NCBI RefSeq assembly: GCF_030028105.1
Contig: NC_092379.1
Location: 22,111,309-22,175,308 of the forward strand
Length of the DNA stretch: 64,000 nt
DNA from: Mobula birostris
Lineage: Eukaryota
Direction of reading: 5' to 3'
The position numbers and the translations under genes were made by a program. Position 1 is the stretch's first letter; each line of letters begins with the position of its first letter. The notes under the pieces were generated by a model, which did not search any database, had not been told where the DNA came from, and was given only the letters and a program-made list of their open reading frames with translations. This document shows, piece by piece, positions 47,945 to 60,751 of this stretch.

Positions 47945-49217
47945 GCTGCTCCGGCCTATGGTCAGGCCACACTTAGATCCCCTCCAGTTCGCCTACCAGC
48001 CCCGACTAGGAGTTGAGGATGCCATCGTCTACCTGCTGAACCGTGTCTACGCCCACCTGGACAAGCCAGCGAGCACTGTGAGGGTCATGTTTTTTGACTT
48101 CTCCAGTGCGTTCAACACCATCTGCCCTGCTCTGCTGGGGGAGAAGCTGACAGTGATGCAGGTGGATGCTTCCCTGGTATCATGGATTCTTGATTAGCTG
48201 ACTGGCAGACCACAGTACGTGTGCTTGCAACAATGTGTGTCCGACAGGGTGATCAGCAGCACTGGGGCTCCACAGGGGACTGTCTTGTCTCCCTTTCTCT
48301 TCACCATTTATACCTCGGACTTCAACTACCGCACAGAGTCTTGTCATCTTCAGAAGTTTTCAGATGACTCTGCCATAGTTGGATGCATCCGCAAGGGAGA
48401 TGAGGTTGAGTACAGGTCTACGGTAGGAAACTTTGTCACAAGGTGTGAGCAGAATTATCTGCAGCTTAATGTGAAAAAGACTAAGGAGCTGGTGGCAGAC
48501 CTGAGGTGAGATAGATACTGGTGACCCCTGTTTCCATCCAGGGGGTCAGAGTGAACATGGTGGAGGATTACAAGTACCTGGGGATACGAATTGACAATAA
48601 ACTGGATCGGTCTAAGAACACTGAGGCTGTCTACAAGAAGGGTCAGAGCCGTCTCTATTTCCTGAGGAGACTGAGGTCAAAGGATCTGCCGGACTTTGCT
48701 GAGGATGTTCTACGAGTCTGTGGTGGCCAGTGCTATCATGTTTGCTGTTGTGTGCTGGGGCAGCAGGCAGAGGGTAGCAGACACCAACAGAATCAACAAA
48801 CTCTTTCGTAAGGCCAGTGATGTTGTGGGGATGGAACTGGACTCTCTCACAGTGGTGTCTGAAAAGAGGATGCTGTCTAAGTTGCATGCTATCTTGGTCA
48901 ATGTCTCCCATCCACTACATAATGTACTGGGTGGGCACAGGAGTACATTCAGCCAGAGACTCATTCCTCCGAGATGCAGCACAGAGCATCACAGGAAGTC
49001 ATTCCTGCCTGTGGCCATCAAACTTTACTATTCCTCCCTTGGAGGGTTAGACACCCTGAGCCGATAGGCTGGTCCTGGACATTTAATAATTTACTGGCAT
49101 AATTTACATATTACTATTTAACTATTTATGGTTCTATTACTATTTATTATTTATGGTGCATCTGTGATGAAAACCAATTTCCCCCGGGATCAATAAAGTA
49201 TGACTATGACTATGACT
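47945..49217 (+). mobile_element. Rex1/Babar RT-to-tail insertion, present only in copy 2
   Basis: LDPLQFAYQP...MFFDFSSAFNTI; GAPQGTVLSPFLF; KFSDD; (TATGAC)n tail. The paralog at about 29250 is empty. Confidence 0.9.
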
Positions 49218-49304
49218 CTGGTAACAGTGAGAAAAGTGCAAGCCCTGGGTGCTGCAGGTCTTTAATAATGGACGCTGCCTTCCTGAGACACCATGGAAGA
49301 ACTA

Positions 49305-49970
49305 CAGAAGTTTTTGCAAACACGAGGAAATCTGCAGATGCTGGAAATTCAAGCAACACACACAAAAAATGCTGGTGAACGCAGCAGACCAGGCAGCATC
49401 AATAGGAAGAGGTACAGTCGACGTTTCGGGCGGAGACCTTTCGTCAGGGCTAACTGAAAGAAGAGATAGTGAGAGATTTGAAAGTGGGAGGGGGAGGGGC
49501 AGATCCGAAATGATAGGAGAAGACAGGAGGGGGAGGGATTGAGCTAAGAGCTGGAACGTTGATTGGCAAAAGGGATACGAGGCTGGAGAAGGGAGAGGAT
49601 CAGGGGATGGGAGGCCTAGGGAGAAAGAAAGGGGGAGGGGAGCCCAGAGAATGGGCAAGGCTGTCCACCAGAGAAAGCAGGATCTCCCAGTGGCCACACA
49701 TTTTAATTCCACATCCCATTCTTATTCTGATATGTCTATCCACAGCCTCCTTTACTGTCAAGATGAAGCCACACTCAGGTTGGAGGAATAACACCTTATA
49801 CTCCATCTGGGTAGCTTCCAACCTGATGGCATGAACATTGACTTCTCTAACTTCCGTTAATGCCCCACCTCCCATCCCTTATTTGTTTGTTTGTTTATTT
49901 ATTACATATTTTTTTCCTCTCTCTCTTTTTTCTCCCTCTGCCCCTCTCACTATAACTGCTTGCCCTCAGA
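49305..49970. mobile_element. PLE inverted pLTR plus GIY-YIG end; duplicate of 29334-29985
   Basis: Same structure and junctions as copy 1. Confidence 0.85.
49416..49450 (-). ncRNA. Minimal hammerhead motif
   Basis: Reverse complement GCC-CTGACGA-aaggtctccgccc-GAAACGTC-GACT. Confidence 0.65.
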
Positions 49971-50133
49971 TAAATTCAACCTCAGATACCTGCTTGTGCA
50001 TGAATGTGCTCCAGAGTCACTGGGAATTAACATTTGTTTTATGTGCATGGATGTGAAGATGGAGGTATTTGAAAATTATATGTCATTCAAAGGGAGCATT
50101 CTAAATAACATTGTAACTACAGCATTGTCCTGC

Positions 50134-50303
50134 TGTTACGTTTCATATTTAGCATATAAAAATGTCATGTAATATTGGGTCAGGCAGGCCTCTTCTTCCA
50201 AGAGTGTCTGGAGTATGATCTCCGCTGCTTGTTTTGCTGAATAAAGACTTCTATCACCACCAGCTTCACTGTCTCTCTGGTGACTTCGTTCACAGTAACA
50301 ACA
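50134..50303 (+). mobile_element. Short solo-LTR-like element, duplicate of 30160-30328
   Basis: TGTTACG...TAACAACA with AATAAA. Confidence 0.5.
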
Positions 50304-50783
50304 AGGGCTTTACCTGTGATGATCTAGTCTGTATCTATGCATTTTTGTAGGCTTTTCTATTCAAGTGTGTTTCCATACCAGTCCGTGACACAACCCACAC
50401 ACTCATCCCACTGGTTTCCGTCCTCACTACTCCCCTCTGCCCTCCGCACCTCCCTTCCTTTAGTTCATGCTCCACCTTCCTCTCCCATCAGATTTCATTA
50501 TCTTCAGCCTTTTGCCACTATTCCATTTCCCATCTGCCCGTCCACCCGCTCACCTGGCGGCCCCTATCACCTGACAGCACCTGCTCTACCCCTTCCCTCG
50601 CCTCTTTACCCCGGTCACCTCCCCTCTGTCTTTCAGTCCACATGAACGGTCTCAACCCCACTTCGTCTCCAGTTCCACTCGAGATAGAGCTTATTCTACG
50701 CGCAAGGGCGTTTGGGTATCTAAAGTCTCCATTTCAGTATTTGGAAGACGATCGCAACTGCCATGAAACATCGTTTTCTTTTT

Positions 50784-51002
50784 TCAAAACATCACAACAT
50801 GTGACCATCAAATGGGAAGTTCGCTCCCAATGTTCACCGAGGCTTCAGAGACACCGTACGGAAATAATAATTTATACGGCAATGACCGGTAAACATCACC
50901 ATTCAGCGCAGGCGTAAAGCTGCTACGCTTTTGTTCCAAAAGTTTTCAGTGGTTAATCATAAAATTTATATCCTCCAAAATTTTCCTGCTTTGATGATCC
51001 AT
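50784..51002 (-). pseudogene. Unidentified 72-codon ORF, copy 3, with two in-frame stops
   Basis: MDHQSRKILEDINFMINH*KLLEQKRSSFTPALNGDVYRSLPYKLLFPYGVSEASVNIGSELPI*WSHVVMF*; same length and stop position as copy 2. Confidence 0.5.
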
Positions 51003-51059
51003 CCACTTTAATTTTGTGAACCAAATGGATCTTTCCGAAATTTTTTTATACGATTCGAT

Positions 51060-51290
51060 CTTCGGACGTTTTAAAAAAAACTTGACCAATGGTAAAGCAA
51101 ATGGTATGACGGCTCTGCGCGCAAACCAATGGGTGGGAACATGCGGACCTCCAAGCAACCAATAGCGACAGGCGGTCTGCATGTTTCTCTAATCCCGTGA
51201 AAGATGGGTGGGAAGACCGTCGGTCCTTTTAACCAATGGCGGCAAGGATAGAAACCGGAAGGTGGGACGTCTGGTTCACTCAATCTTCCT
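51060..51290. promoter_or_regulatory. CCAAT-box promoter-like block, copy 3
   Basis: CCAAT at 51086, 51126, 51159 and 51233; ETS-like CCGGAAG at 51255. Confidence 0.5.
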
Positions 51291-51299
51291 GATATTTAC

Positions 51300-52580
51300 T
51301 TTGTTTATTCCCTTCTCATAATTCTTCTTTCGGCAAACAGCCTATGGTGGGAATGGCCTGTGTATGTTTACATCCCGACACTCTCGCAAACATCCTTTTT
51401 AAGGTGCATTACCGCCCCTTCTGAACTGGACTATGGGTCAACGTGTCATGACCCACATATTTATATTTGACCTCATATTTATATATCATTTTATATAAAA
51501 AGATCTGTGCTCTGAAGTAACAGAACTATAATTTTAAGCAATAATCCTCTGATCCTTTCTGCAAAATGCTGTTAATGTTAAATCGTATTGAGATAACTTT
51601 TAAATCGTCCATCCCCTCTTGATTGTCTTGTTGATTACAATATTCACACCTCCCATTGTTGTGTTTCTTTATGAAAAACAATGTACTTTAACCCTGTGTG
51701 CCCAAACCTCAGTCTCGATATTATCACTCCTCCCTTCTACTCTTTCGTGCATTCCTAAACTACCCCACTTCTCTCTGGATACGATTTTAAGTTGAAATAA
51801 GGTTTGTATTATCCCACATACAACCTCTGGTTTTCCCACTTAATGTAAATCTTTTAGACTCCGGATTGTTGTGCTTGAATCAGACAATATTACAACTCGC
51901 ATGGTCTCACTTTCTCCACCCACTGCAAAGCCAATAGTCCAGCTGTCATTTCACCTGCATCCACTGAGAAATCTTCGTTTATCCTCACCTGCTTTTTCAT
52001 GTTAAAATCAGGCACTACCAATCCTACCCCTAATCTACCACAGTATTGCTGTTTTTGAAACATCTGTGTAAATTTGTAAATATCCATAATTAATATTATT
52101 TACATAACATTCAACTATATCTTGATTTAAGTTGACTTCTCTACTTTTCCATCTCTTTCTGAATAATTTAGGATCCACCTCTGGTGCTTCACACAGTCAT
52201 GGAGACAGCCCAGGAAAAGGCACTGTATCACTTGGGGCCTTGTTACTAATTCCTGGCCTTTTTGCTTTCCCTTCAATAGTCCGTGCAAAATTTCTGAATT
52301 TCCTTCTTTCCTTTTCCCAGCATCGATCTAAAAGCTGTTTACTTGGATGATTTTCTCCAGGCCCTTGTACGTTTACCTAATATGTTAACACAAGCTGTGA
52401 TCTTCTCAGTTCCAGAGGTGTCTCTCCCAACTCCACCTCCATTGCCACCACTGGTGTTGTCCTCATTGCCCCACTGATTAACCTTACTTTCTTACTTTTG
52501 GTTATTATTTCTTTAATAAATATTGACCATGTGAGTTTTTTATCAAACCAAATTCCTAAAAATTTAAAAGGATCTATCTG
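51300..52580 (-). mobile_element. Nimb/I-clade RNase H element, duplicate of 33541-34800, retaining its probable 3' end
   Basis: ORF 51890-52087 GVGLVVPDFN...EMTAGLLALQWVEK; minus-strand GGCGGTAATGCACC followed by a GAAGAA-rich tail. Confidence 0.6.
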
Positions 52581-52589
52581 CAGTTTCTA

Positions 52590-53650
52590 ATTTTAATCGA
52601 TAATCAGTTAAATGGAGAGATAAGGCAGAGGGTCGAGTTGTTGGCTTACAAGCAAAGGCAGTGTTTGTGAGACTGCTAGCAAGCAGAGGCTGATGACAGG
52701 GCAAAACTGCAGTCAATGGGATGAGTTGCAATGCAAAAGGGGGACAAAAATCAAAAACAGGTGATGAATACTGGATTGAAAGTGTTATCTTTGAATTCAG
52801 ACAGTATACAGAATGAGATAGATTAACTTGTAGCACAGCTACAGATTGGCATGTATGACAGTGTGGGCATCACTGAATTGTGGCTGAAAGAAGATTATAG
52901 TTGGGAGCTTGATATCCAGGGATACACATTGTATCGAAAGGACAGGTAGGTTGGCAGAAGGCGTGGTGTGCCTGTGTTGGCAAAAAATTAAATGAAATCA
53001 TTAGAAAGAGGTGACATAGGATGGGAAGGTGTAGAATAATTCTGGGTATACCTAGGAGTATTATAGTTTAGGGTGATGAAATGAGAGTACGGATCAGTAC
53101 ATGGAACTATGATGTTGTAGCCATTACTGAAATTTGGTTGAGAAAGGGGCAGGAATGGGTGATTAATGTACCAGGTTTTTGAAGTTTTAGAAAAGATAGA
53201 GGAGGAGATAAAGAGGGGGTGTGTTGCATTAATAGTCAGGGACAATATCACAGCTGCACTCAGAGGAGACATAATGGAGAGGTGAGAAACTGAGTCCATT
53301 TAAGTGAAACTCAGGAACAGGCAGGGTGCAATCACAGTGATGGGATTGAACTAGGGGACACAGCCTCAAGATTTGGGGGAGTAGATTTAGGATGGAAATG
53401 AGGAGGAACTGTTTATCCCAGAGAGTGATGAATCTCTGTGAATTCAATGCCCAATGAAGCAGTGGAGGCTACCTCAGTAGATATATTTAAGACAAGGTTG
53501 GATAGATTTTTGCATAGTTGTGGAATTAAGGGTCATGGGGAAAAGGCAGGTAGGTGGAGATGAGTCCATGGCCAGACCAGCCATGATCTTATTGAATGGC
53601 AGAGCAGGCTCGAAGGGCCAGATGGCCTACTCCCATATATTTCTAATCCT
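52590..53650 (+). mobile_element. CR1 APE-start and 3'-end fragments
   Basis: Paralogous to 34810-35660; continues into a CR1 tail (GGCCTACTCC). Confidence 0.8.
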
Positions 53651-54333
53651 GGGAAATCCATTCCCGCTATTTTATCTTTGTTGGCTCAGTTTAGAAATTT
53701 TGCTGGTTATAAATTGAACCCTAATAAGAGTGAATTATTTCCCCTAAATATGCAGGTTCCTATTTATGGATGTTTACCATTTAAATTGGTGACCGACTTT
53801 TTTTTTTAACATATTTAGGCATTAAAATTATGAAAAAAGTATAAGGATTTATTTAAGGCTAATTTTTTACCTTTAATTGATCAGATTAAGCTTTTGTTTA
53901 CTAAATGGTCACCAATGTCTCTGTCATTGATCGGTCGGATCAATGCTATAAAGATGATTATTTTGCCTAAATTTTTATATTTATTTCAAGCGGTGCCAAT
54001 TTTTATTCCGAAATTCTTTTTTGATAATGTTGATTCCAAAATTTCTTCATATATATGGCAGAACAAAAATCCTAGGCTTGGTAAAAGACATTTACAGAAA
54101 TCTAAAAAGGAGCGGGGTTTAGCTTTGCCAAATTTTACATTTTACTATTGGACAATTAATATTCGATATTTAAAATTTTGGTTAGCGGACTTGGACGTAA
54201 CTTCAAGTCCACGTTGGGTAAATCTTGAACGGAATTCTTTACAAGGGTTTTCACTGGGTTCTATTTTAGGGACTTTGCTTCCCTTTACTCTTTTTAAATT
54301 GTATTAACAAATGAATAACCCAATAGTAAAACA

Positions 54334-54831
54334 AAGATGAAGCCACACTCAAGTTGGAGGAACAACACCTTATATTCCGTCTGGGTAGCCTCCAACCTGA
54401 TGGCATGAACATCGACTGCTCTAACTTCCGCTAATGCCCCACCTCCCCCTCGTACCCCATCCGTTATTTATTTTTATACACACATTCTTTCTCTCACTCT
54501 CCTTTTTCTCCCTCTGTCCCTCTGCTATACCCCTTGCCCATCCTCTGGTTCCCACCCCCTCACTTGCCTTTCTCCCGGGACCTCCTGTCCCATGATCCTC
54601 TCACATTCCCTTTGCCAATCACCTGTCCAGCTCTTGGCTCCATCCCTCCCCCTCCTGTCTTCTCCTATCATTTTGGATCTCCCCCTCCCCCTCCCACTTT
54701 CAAATCTCTTACTAACTCTTCCTTCAATTAGTCCTGACGAAGGGTCTCGGACTGAAACGTTGACTGTACCTCTTCCTAGAGATGCTGCCTGGCCTGCTGC
54801 GTTCACCAGCAACTTTGAGGAGAGTTGCTTG
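54334..54831 (+). mobile_element. 498-bp PLE 3' fragment inserted in L1
   Basis: TSD AGTAAAACA at 54325-54333 and 54832-54840; GIY-YIG C-terminus plus pLTR. Confidence 0.9.
54730..54765 (+). ncRNA. Minimal hammerhead motif (GUU triplet)
   Basis: AGTC-CTGACGA-agggtctcggact-GAAACGTT-GACT. Confidence 0.65.
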
Positions 54832-55512
54832 AGTAAAACATACTTGACGTATATGGTTTCAATTTCAAATATTTTTTGGCTTGAATCAATTTATTTTAGC
54901 AAGTCCTATTATCTCTAATTTCTTCTTTCAACCCTCTATTGTGGATCAAGCATATCTGGCTTGGAAAACTAAAGGTATAGTATGATTTTGTGATCTACCT
55001 TTGGATAATTGTTTCATGTCCTTTGAACAATTATCTAATAAATATAAATTGCCTAGATCCCTTTTTTTTTAGATATTTACAGATTAGAAGCTTTATAAAT
55101 ACTGCTTCTCCTAACTTCCCAAATTTATATTCAACGGATATTTTGGAAAAAATTTTAGATTTAAATCCTTTTCAGAAAGGTGTAATAGCAATTATTTATA
55201 ATATAATTAAGCAAACATGTCCAGATGTATCTAATAAAGTTAAGACTGTTTGGGAAAGGGAACTTAAGATTAAAAAATGGGAAAAAATTCTTCCATTAGT
55301 TAACTCATCCTCTATATGTGCTAAACATGCTTTGATACAGTTTAAAGTAGTGCATAGCGCTCATATGTCTCAGGATAAATTAGCGTTATTATTCTCATAA
55401 AAATGCTGTATGTGATAGATATCACTGAGGTAGCTTCTTTAATTCATATGTTTTGGTCATGTCCTTTTTTGAAAAAATATTGGAAAGATATTTTGATACT
55501 GTTTCAACTGCT

Positions 55513-58500
55513 CTTTTTTTATCAATAATAATCAAAAACAAAGTCTTAAAGCTTTTTTTTATGGAAAAAAGAAAAAGAAAAAAAGAACCCCTACTAACTA
55601 AAGCAGAGAAAAACCGCTAATAACTAAAAAAAATACCCATTTGGAGCACAGATCCGGAGTTATACGCCGTACAAGCTCCCATAAAAAAGACATGAAACCT
55701 CCAACCAAATCCATATACCCAAGCATCAGAAAAGGACCATCTTTATTAACTCAAGTCAAATGATAATAATGGGCAAAATACCCCACCTTTTCTCGAAGTT
55801 CAATCTAGGATCAAAAGTTCGACTTCTAATTTTTTCCAAACTAGGACATAACATCACCTGAGAGAACCATTGTCTCAAAGTGGGAGCAGAGGCATCTTTC
55901 CATTTTAATAAAATAGCCCTTCTAGCCAATAATGTGATAAATGCAATTACGTATTGGTCAGATATAGAAATACTGTGAATATGTTGAGGAATTATACCAA
56001 ACAAAACTGTCAATTTATTAGGTTGTAAATTGATTTTCAAAGCTTTAGAAATTGTAGAAAAAATAGATTTCCAAAATTGTTTCAATACAGAACACGACCA
56101 AAACATATGTGTCAATGTAGCTATCTCAGTTTTACATCTATCATCTCCTTTGTCAAATAATAACGATGTACAATTTTAAAATGAATTAGAGAATGACTGG
56201 CACAAATTGAAGAAGAGTTAACCAGCTTCAAAATTCGCAACCAATCCTCTGTTATTAAGGTCAAATTAAGCGCTCTTTTCCAATCTTGCTTAATCTTAAG
56301 TAAAGGATAATTATCCCGTTGTAATAGTAAATTATAAATTTTCCCTATAAAACCTTTCACTAAAGGGTTCATTTTTAAAATACTGTCTAACAGGTCAGAG
56401 TCTTGTATATATGGAAAATTACTTAAATATTCTTGTAAGAAATGTCTGACCTGAAGATATTGCAAAAAATGTGAATATGAGAAAGAGTATTTAGTTACTA
56501 ATTCCTCAAAGGACATCAATCGACCTTTTTGAAACAAGTCCATAAAGGAAAAAATTCCTTTATTCCTCCAAAAAGAAAAGGTTGGATCACTAACTGAAGG
56601 ATTAAATAAATAGTTTCGATAAATTAAACTAAGAAGGTTAATTTTTTTAAGATTAAAAAAACTTACAATACTGGTACCAAATTCGTAATGATTGATTAAT
56701 CATAGGATTTATATTTAGAATAGAAATTTTGGCTAATTGTACAGGTAAAGGAGCTCCTAATAACGAAGTTAAATAAAATTGTTTCACAATTTTCAATTCC
56801 AAGTCACCCAAGATGGTCGTTCCTTTTTATCCGTCCAATATAACCAAGAACACGCATAACGTATATTAACCGCCCAACAATACCTTCTTAAATTAGGCAA
56901 AGTAAGACCTCCATCCTTTTTTAATTTTTGTAAATGACATTTTCCAATTCTTGGTCTTTTATTATTCCAAACAAAAGATGAAATAATAGAGTCAACCTGA
57001 TCAAAAAACTTCTTAGTTAAAAAAAAGGAATATTTTTCTAAAAAAAAGGAACATTTTGAAATACATACAAAAATGTTGGTAAAATCATCATTTTAACTGC
57101 ATGAATTCGACCTGCTAACGAAAGTGTAAGTGGATTCCATCTAGAAAAAAATTGTTTCATAAAATCCACTGAGGGAACTAAATTAGTCCTATAAAGGTCT
57201 CCATCATTTTTAGTGATGATAATACCTAAATATTTAAAAGAATCCGTAACTTTTAGAGAAATGTCATCATATATAGAAGCAGAATCATTTAAAGGAAATA
57301 ATTCAGTTTTATGCAGGTTTAATTTATATCCTCTAAACAATCCAAATTCATATAATAACTTCAATAAGCTAGGAATAGATTCTTCGGGATTCGAAACATA
57401 AACCAAAAGATCATCCGCATAAAGGGAGATCTTATGAACAGTCCCATTTATAGAAATTCCTTCAATATTTTTAGCTTCACCAAGTGCAATAGCCGAAGGT
57501 TCCAACATCAAATTAAATAACAGAGGACTTAACGGACATCCTTGTCTCGTCCCCCGGAAAAGTTGGAAAAAGGGGGATTTACAGTTATTAGTAATAACAG
57601 TGGCAATAGGGCTTTTATATATCAATCTAATTCATTTATTAAAATTAGTACCAAAGCTAAATTTCTCTAAAACTTGAAATAGATATTTCCATTCAACTCT
57701 ATCAAATGCCTTTACAGCGTCTAGAGAAACAACACAATGGGAGTCTTAGAGAGGGATGAGTATATAATATTTAACAATCTCCAAGTTTTAGAAAAAGAAT
57801 AACGGCCTTGTATAGAACTACTTTGATCCTGAGAAATAATTTTAGCTAGTATATTCTCCATCCGATTAACCAGTATTTTTGAAAGAATTTTGGCATCCAC
57901 ATTAATAGTGAAATAGGTCTATATGAAGCACAATCAGTAGGGTCTTCCTCTTTCTGAAGAGTTCAAGAAATAGAAGCTTCATAAAATGTGGAAGGTAACT
58001 CTCCTAACAGAAAAGAATCTTTAAGCATTTCCAACATATAAGGAGTAAGCAAATGTCAATTTCTTTAATAAAATCCTGCAGTAAAACCATCCAATTCAGG
58101 AGCTTTACCAGATTGCATTGAAAGAATAGCTTTCTGAATTTCTCTTTCAGTAAAAGGAGCATCAAGAATTTGCTGATCTTCAACAGATATTCTAGGAAAA
58201 TCAATCTTTTGTAAAAAGGCATACATATTAGAAGGGTCAACTTGAAACTGAGATTTATAGAGCTCACTGTAATAGTCTATAAAATTTTATTAATATCTTC
58301 ATAATTACAGCTAAACTACCATCTGCCTTACGAATTTTTAAAATTTGTCTTTTTGCTCTAACTGCTTTAAGTTCAGATGCTAATAGCTTGTTACTTCTAT
58401 CTCCAAACATATAAAATTAACTAATGTAAGCAAATTTCTTTCAATAGCATAAGTTAATAGTAAATTATATTGTGATTGAAGTTCAACCCTTTGTTTATGT

Positions 58501-60751
58501 CCTCGTTGTTCACGGGAATGGTACCGGAGGATTGGAGGAAGGCAAATGTTGTCCCCTTGTTCAAAAAAGGTAGTAGGGATAGTCCAGGTAATTATAGAAC
58601 AGCAAGCCTTACGTCTGTGGTGGGAAAGCTGTTGGAAAAGATTCTTAGAGATAGGATCTCTGGGCATTTAGAAAATCATGGTCTGATCAGGGACAGTCAG
58701 CATGGCTATGTGAAGGGTAGATCGTGTCCATCAAGCCTGATAGCGTTCTTTGAGGAGGTGACCAGGCATATAGATGAGGGTAGTGCAGTGGATGTGATGT
58801 ACATGGATTTTAATAAGGCATTTGACAATGCTCCACACAGTAGGCTTATTCAGAAAGTCAGAAGGCATGGGATCCAGGGAAGTTTGGCCAGGTGGATTCA
58901 GAATTGGCTTGCCTGCAGAAGGCAGACAGTCGTGGTGGAGGGAGTACATTCAGATTGTAGGATTGTGACTAGTGGTGTCCCACAGGGGTCTGTTCTGGGA
59001 CCTCTATTTTTCGTGATTTTTATTAACGACCTGGATGTGGGGGTAGAAGGGTGGGTTGGCAAGTTTGCAGATGACACAAAGGTTGGTGGTGTTGTAGATC
59101 GTGTAGAGGATTGTCAAAGATTGCAGAGAGAAATTGATAGGATGCAGAAGTGGGCTGAGAAGTGGCAGATGGAATTCAACCCGGAGAAGTGTGAGGTGCT
59201 ACACTTTGGAAGGACAAACTCCAAGGCAGAGTACAAAGTAAATGGCTGGATAATTGGTAAGTGTGGAGGAGCAGAGGGATCTGGAGGTACATGTCCACAG
59301 ATCCCTGAAGGTTGCCTCACAGGTGGATAGGGTAGTTAAGAAAGCTTATGGTGTGTTAGCTTTCATAAGTCGAGGGATAGAGTTTAAGAGTCGCGATGTA
59401 ATGATGCAGCTCTATAAAACTCTGGTTAGGCCACACTTGGAGTACTGTGTCCAGTTCTGGTCGCCTCACTATAGGAAGGATGTGGAAGCATTGGAAAGGG
59501 TACAGAAGAGATTTACGAGGATGCTGCCTGGTTTAGAGAGTATGCATTATGATCAGAGATTAAGGGAGCTAGGGCTTTACTCTTTGGACAGGAGGAGGAT
59601 GAGAGGAGACATGATAGAGGTGTACAAGATAATAAGAGGAATAGACAGAGTAATTGCCAGCGCCTCTTCCCCAGGGCACCACTGCTCAATACAAGAGGAC
59701 ATGGCTTTAAGGTAAGGGGTGGGAAGTTCAAGGGGGATATTAGAGGAAGGTTTTTTACTCAGAGTGGTTGGTGCATGGAATGCACTGCCTGAGTCAGTGG
59801 CGGAGGCAGATTCACTAGTGAAATTTAAGAGACAACTGGACAGGTATATGGAGGAATTTAAGGTGGGGGCTTATATGGGAGGCAGGGTTTGAGGGTCAGC
59901 ACAACATTGTGGGCCGAAGGGCCTGTACTGTGTTGTACTATTCTATGTTCTATGTTAAATCAACATTAGGAGAAACTGCATAAGAATTATCCAGATCTTT
60001 AATTAGTTTGGAAATTCTATCTAACTCTATTTTTGTCTGTTTCTTGAGTTTAGCCAAATAAGATATTATCCGACCTCGCAAATATGCTTTGAGTGTATCC
60101 CATATAATCAATTTTGAGACATCTCCCGTATTATTAAAAAGGAAGAAATCTTTTATCTGAATCTCTATAAATTTAACAAAGTCCGAACTTTATAATAAAT
60201 TTTCTGGAAAGCGGCAAGACAAGTTTACATAACTAACATCATTTAACTCAAAAGTTAAGCTTAAAGGCACATGATCCGAGACTGCAATAGCATCATATTC
60301 ACATTTCTGGACTTTGGACAAAAATCGGAAATCAGCTATAAAATAATCAATTCTCGAATATTTATTATGAACATGCGAATAAAAAGAAAAATCTCTGTCA
60401 TTAGCATGTAAATTTCTCCAGATTTCTATCAAACCATAATCAATTAAAAAGGAATTAATAAGTGTTGCCGAACGACTCGGAAGCTGCTGATTGGTTGAAC
60501 TCTTGTCAATCAAAGGGTTTAAACAACAGTTGAAGTCATCTCCCATCAGCAGCATATATTCATTTAAGTCTGGTAATAAACCAAATACATTTTTAAAAAA
60601 AGGATCATCTACATTAGGTCCGTATAGATTAACCAGGACAATTTTTCTATTACAAATTGTTCCTTTAATAATGAAAAATCTACCATTGATATCTGAGATG
60701 ATATCTTCTTGGATAAATAAAATATTAGATTTAAAAAAAACGGATACTCCC
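55513..60751 (-). mobile_element. L1-clade LINE ORF2 (APE, RT, zinc knuckle, poly-A), interrupted by CR1 and Gypsy
   Basis: APE VLVNLYGPN...GDDFN...YSRIDYF...SDH (60190-60765); RT RGTRQGCPLSPLLF and SLYADD (57038-57625); THMFWSC; poly-A on minus at about 55514. Confidence 0.92.
58501..59955 (+). mobile_element. Young 5'-truncated CR1 inserted in L1
   Basis: ORFs 58476-59330 and 59254-59715; TATTCTATGTTCTATGT tail; TATGT at both junctions. Confidence 0.95.

Larger units (their letters stand above)
40928..53470 (+). repeat. Direct segmental duplicate of about 23935-35660
   Basis: Identical order and junctions of solo LTR, CR1, Rex1, PLE, short LTR, unknown ORF module, Nimb and CR1; scattered substitutions and copy-specific indels. 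Confidence 0.95.
53660..55505 (+). mobile_element. L1-clade LINE ORF2 fragment (post-RT to zinc knuckle)
   Basis: LSLIGRINAIKMIILPKFLYLFQ; QFKVVH; HMFWSC. Confidence 0.88.

Noticed and set aside
23935-53470. Duplication as a simple assembly artefact
   Set aside because: The copies differ by many substitutions and by several kb-scale, family-specific insertions and deletions; long-read confirmation is still advisable.
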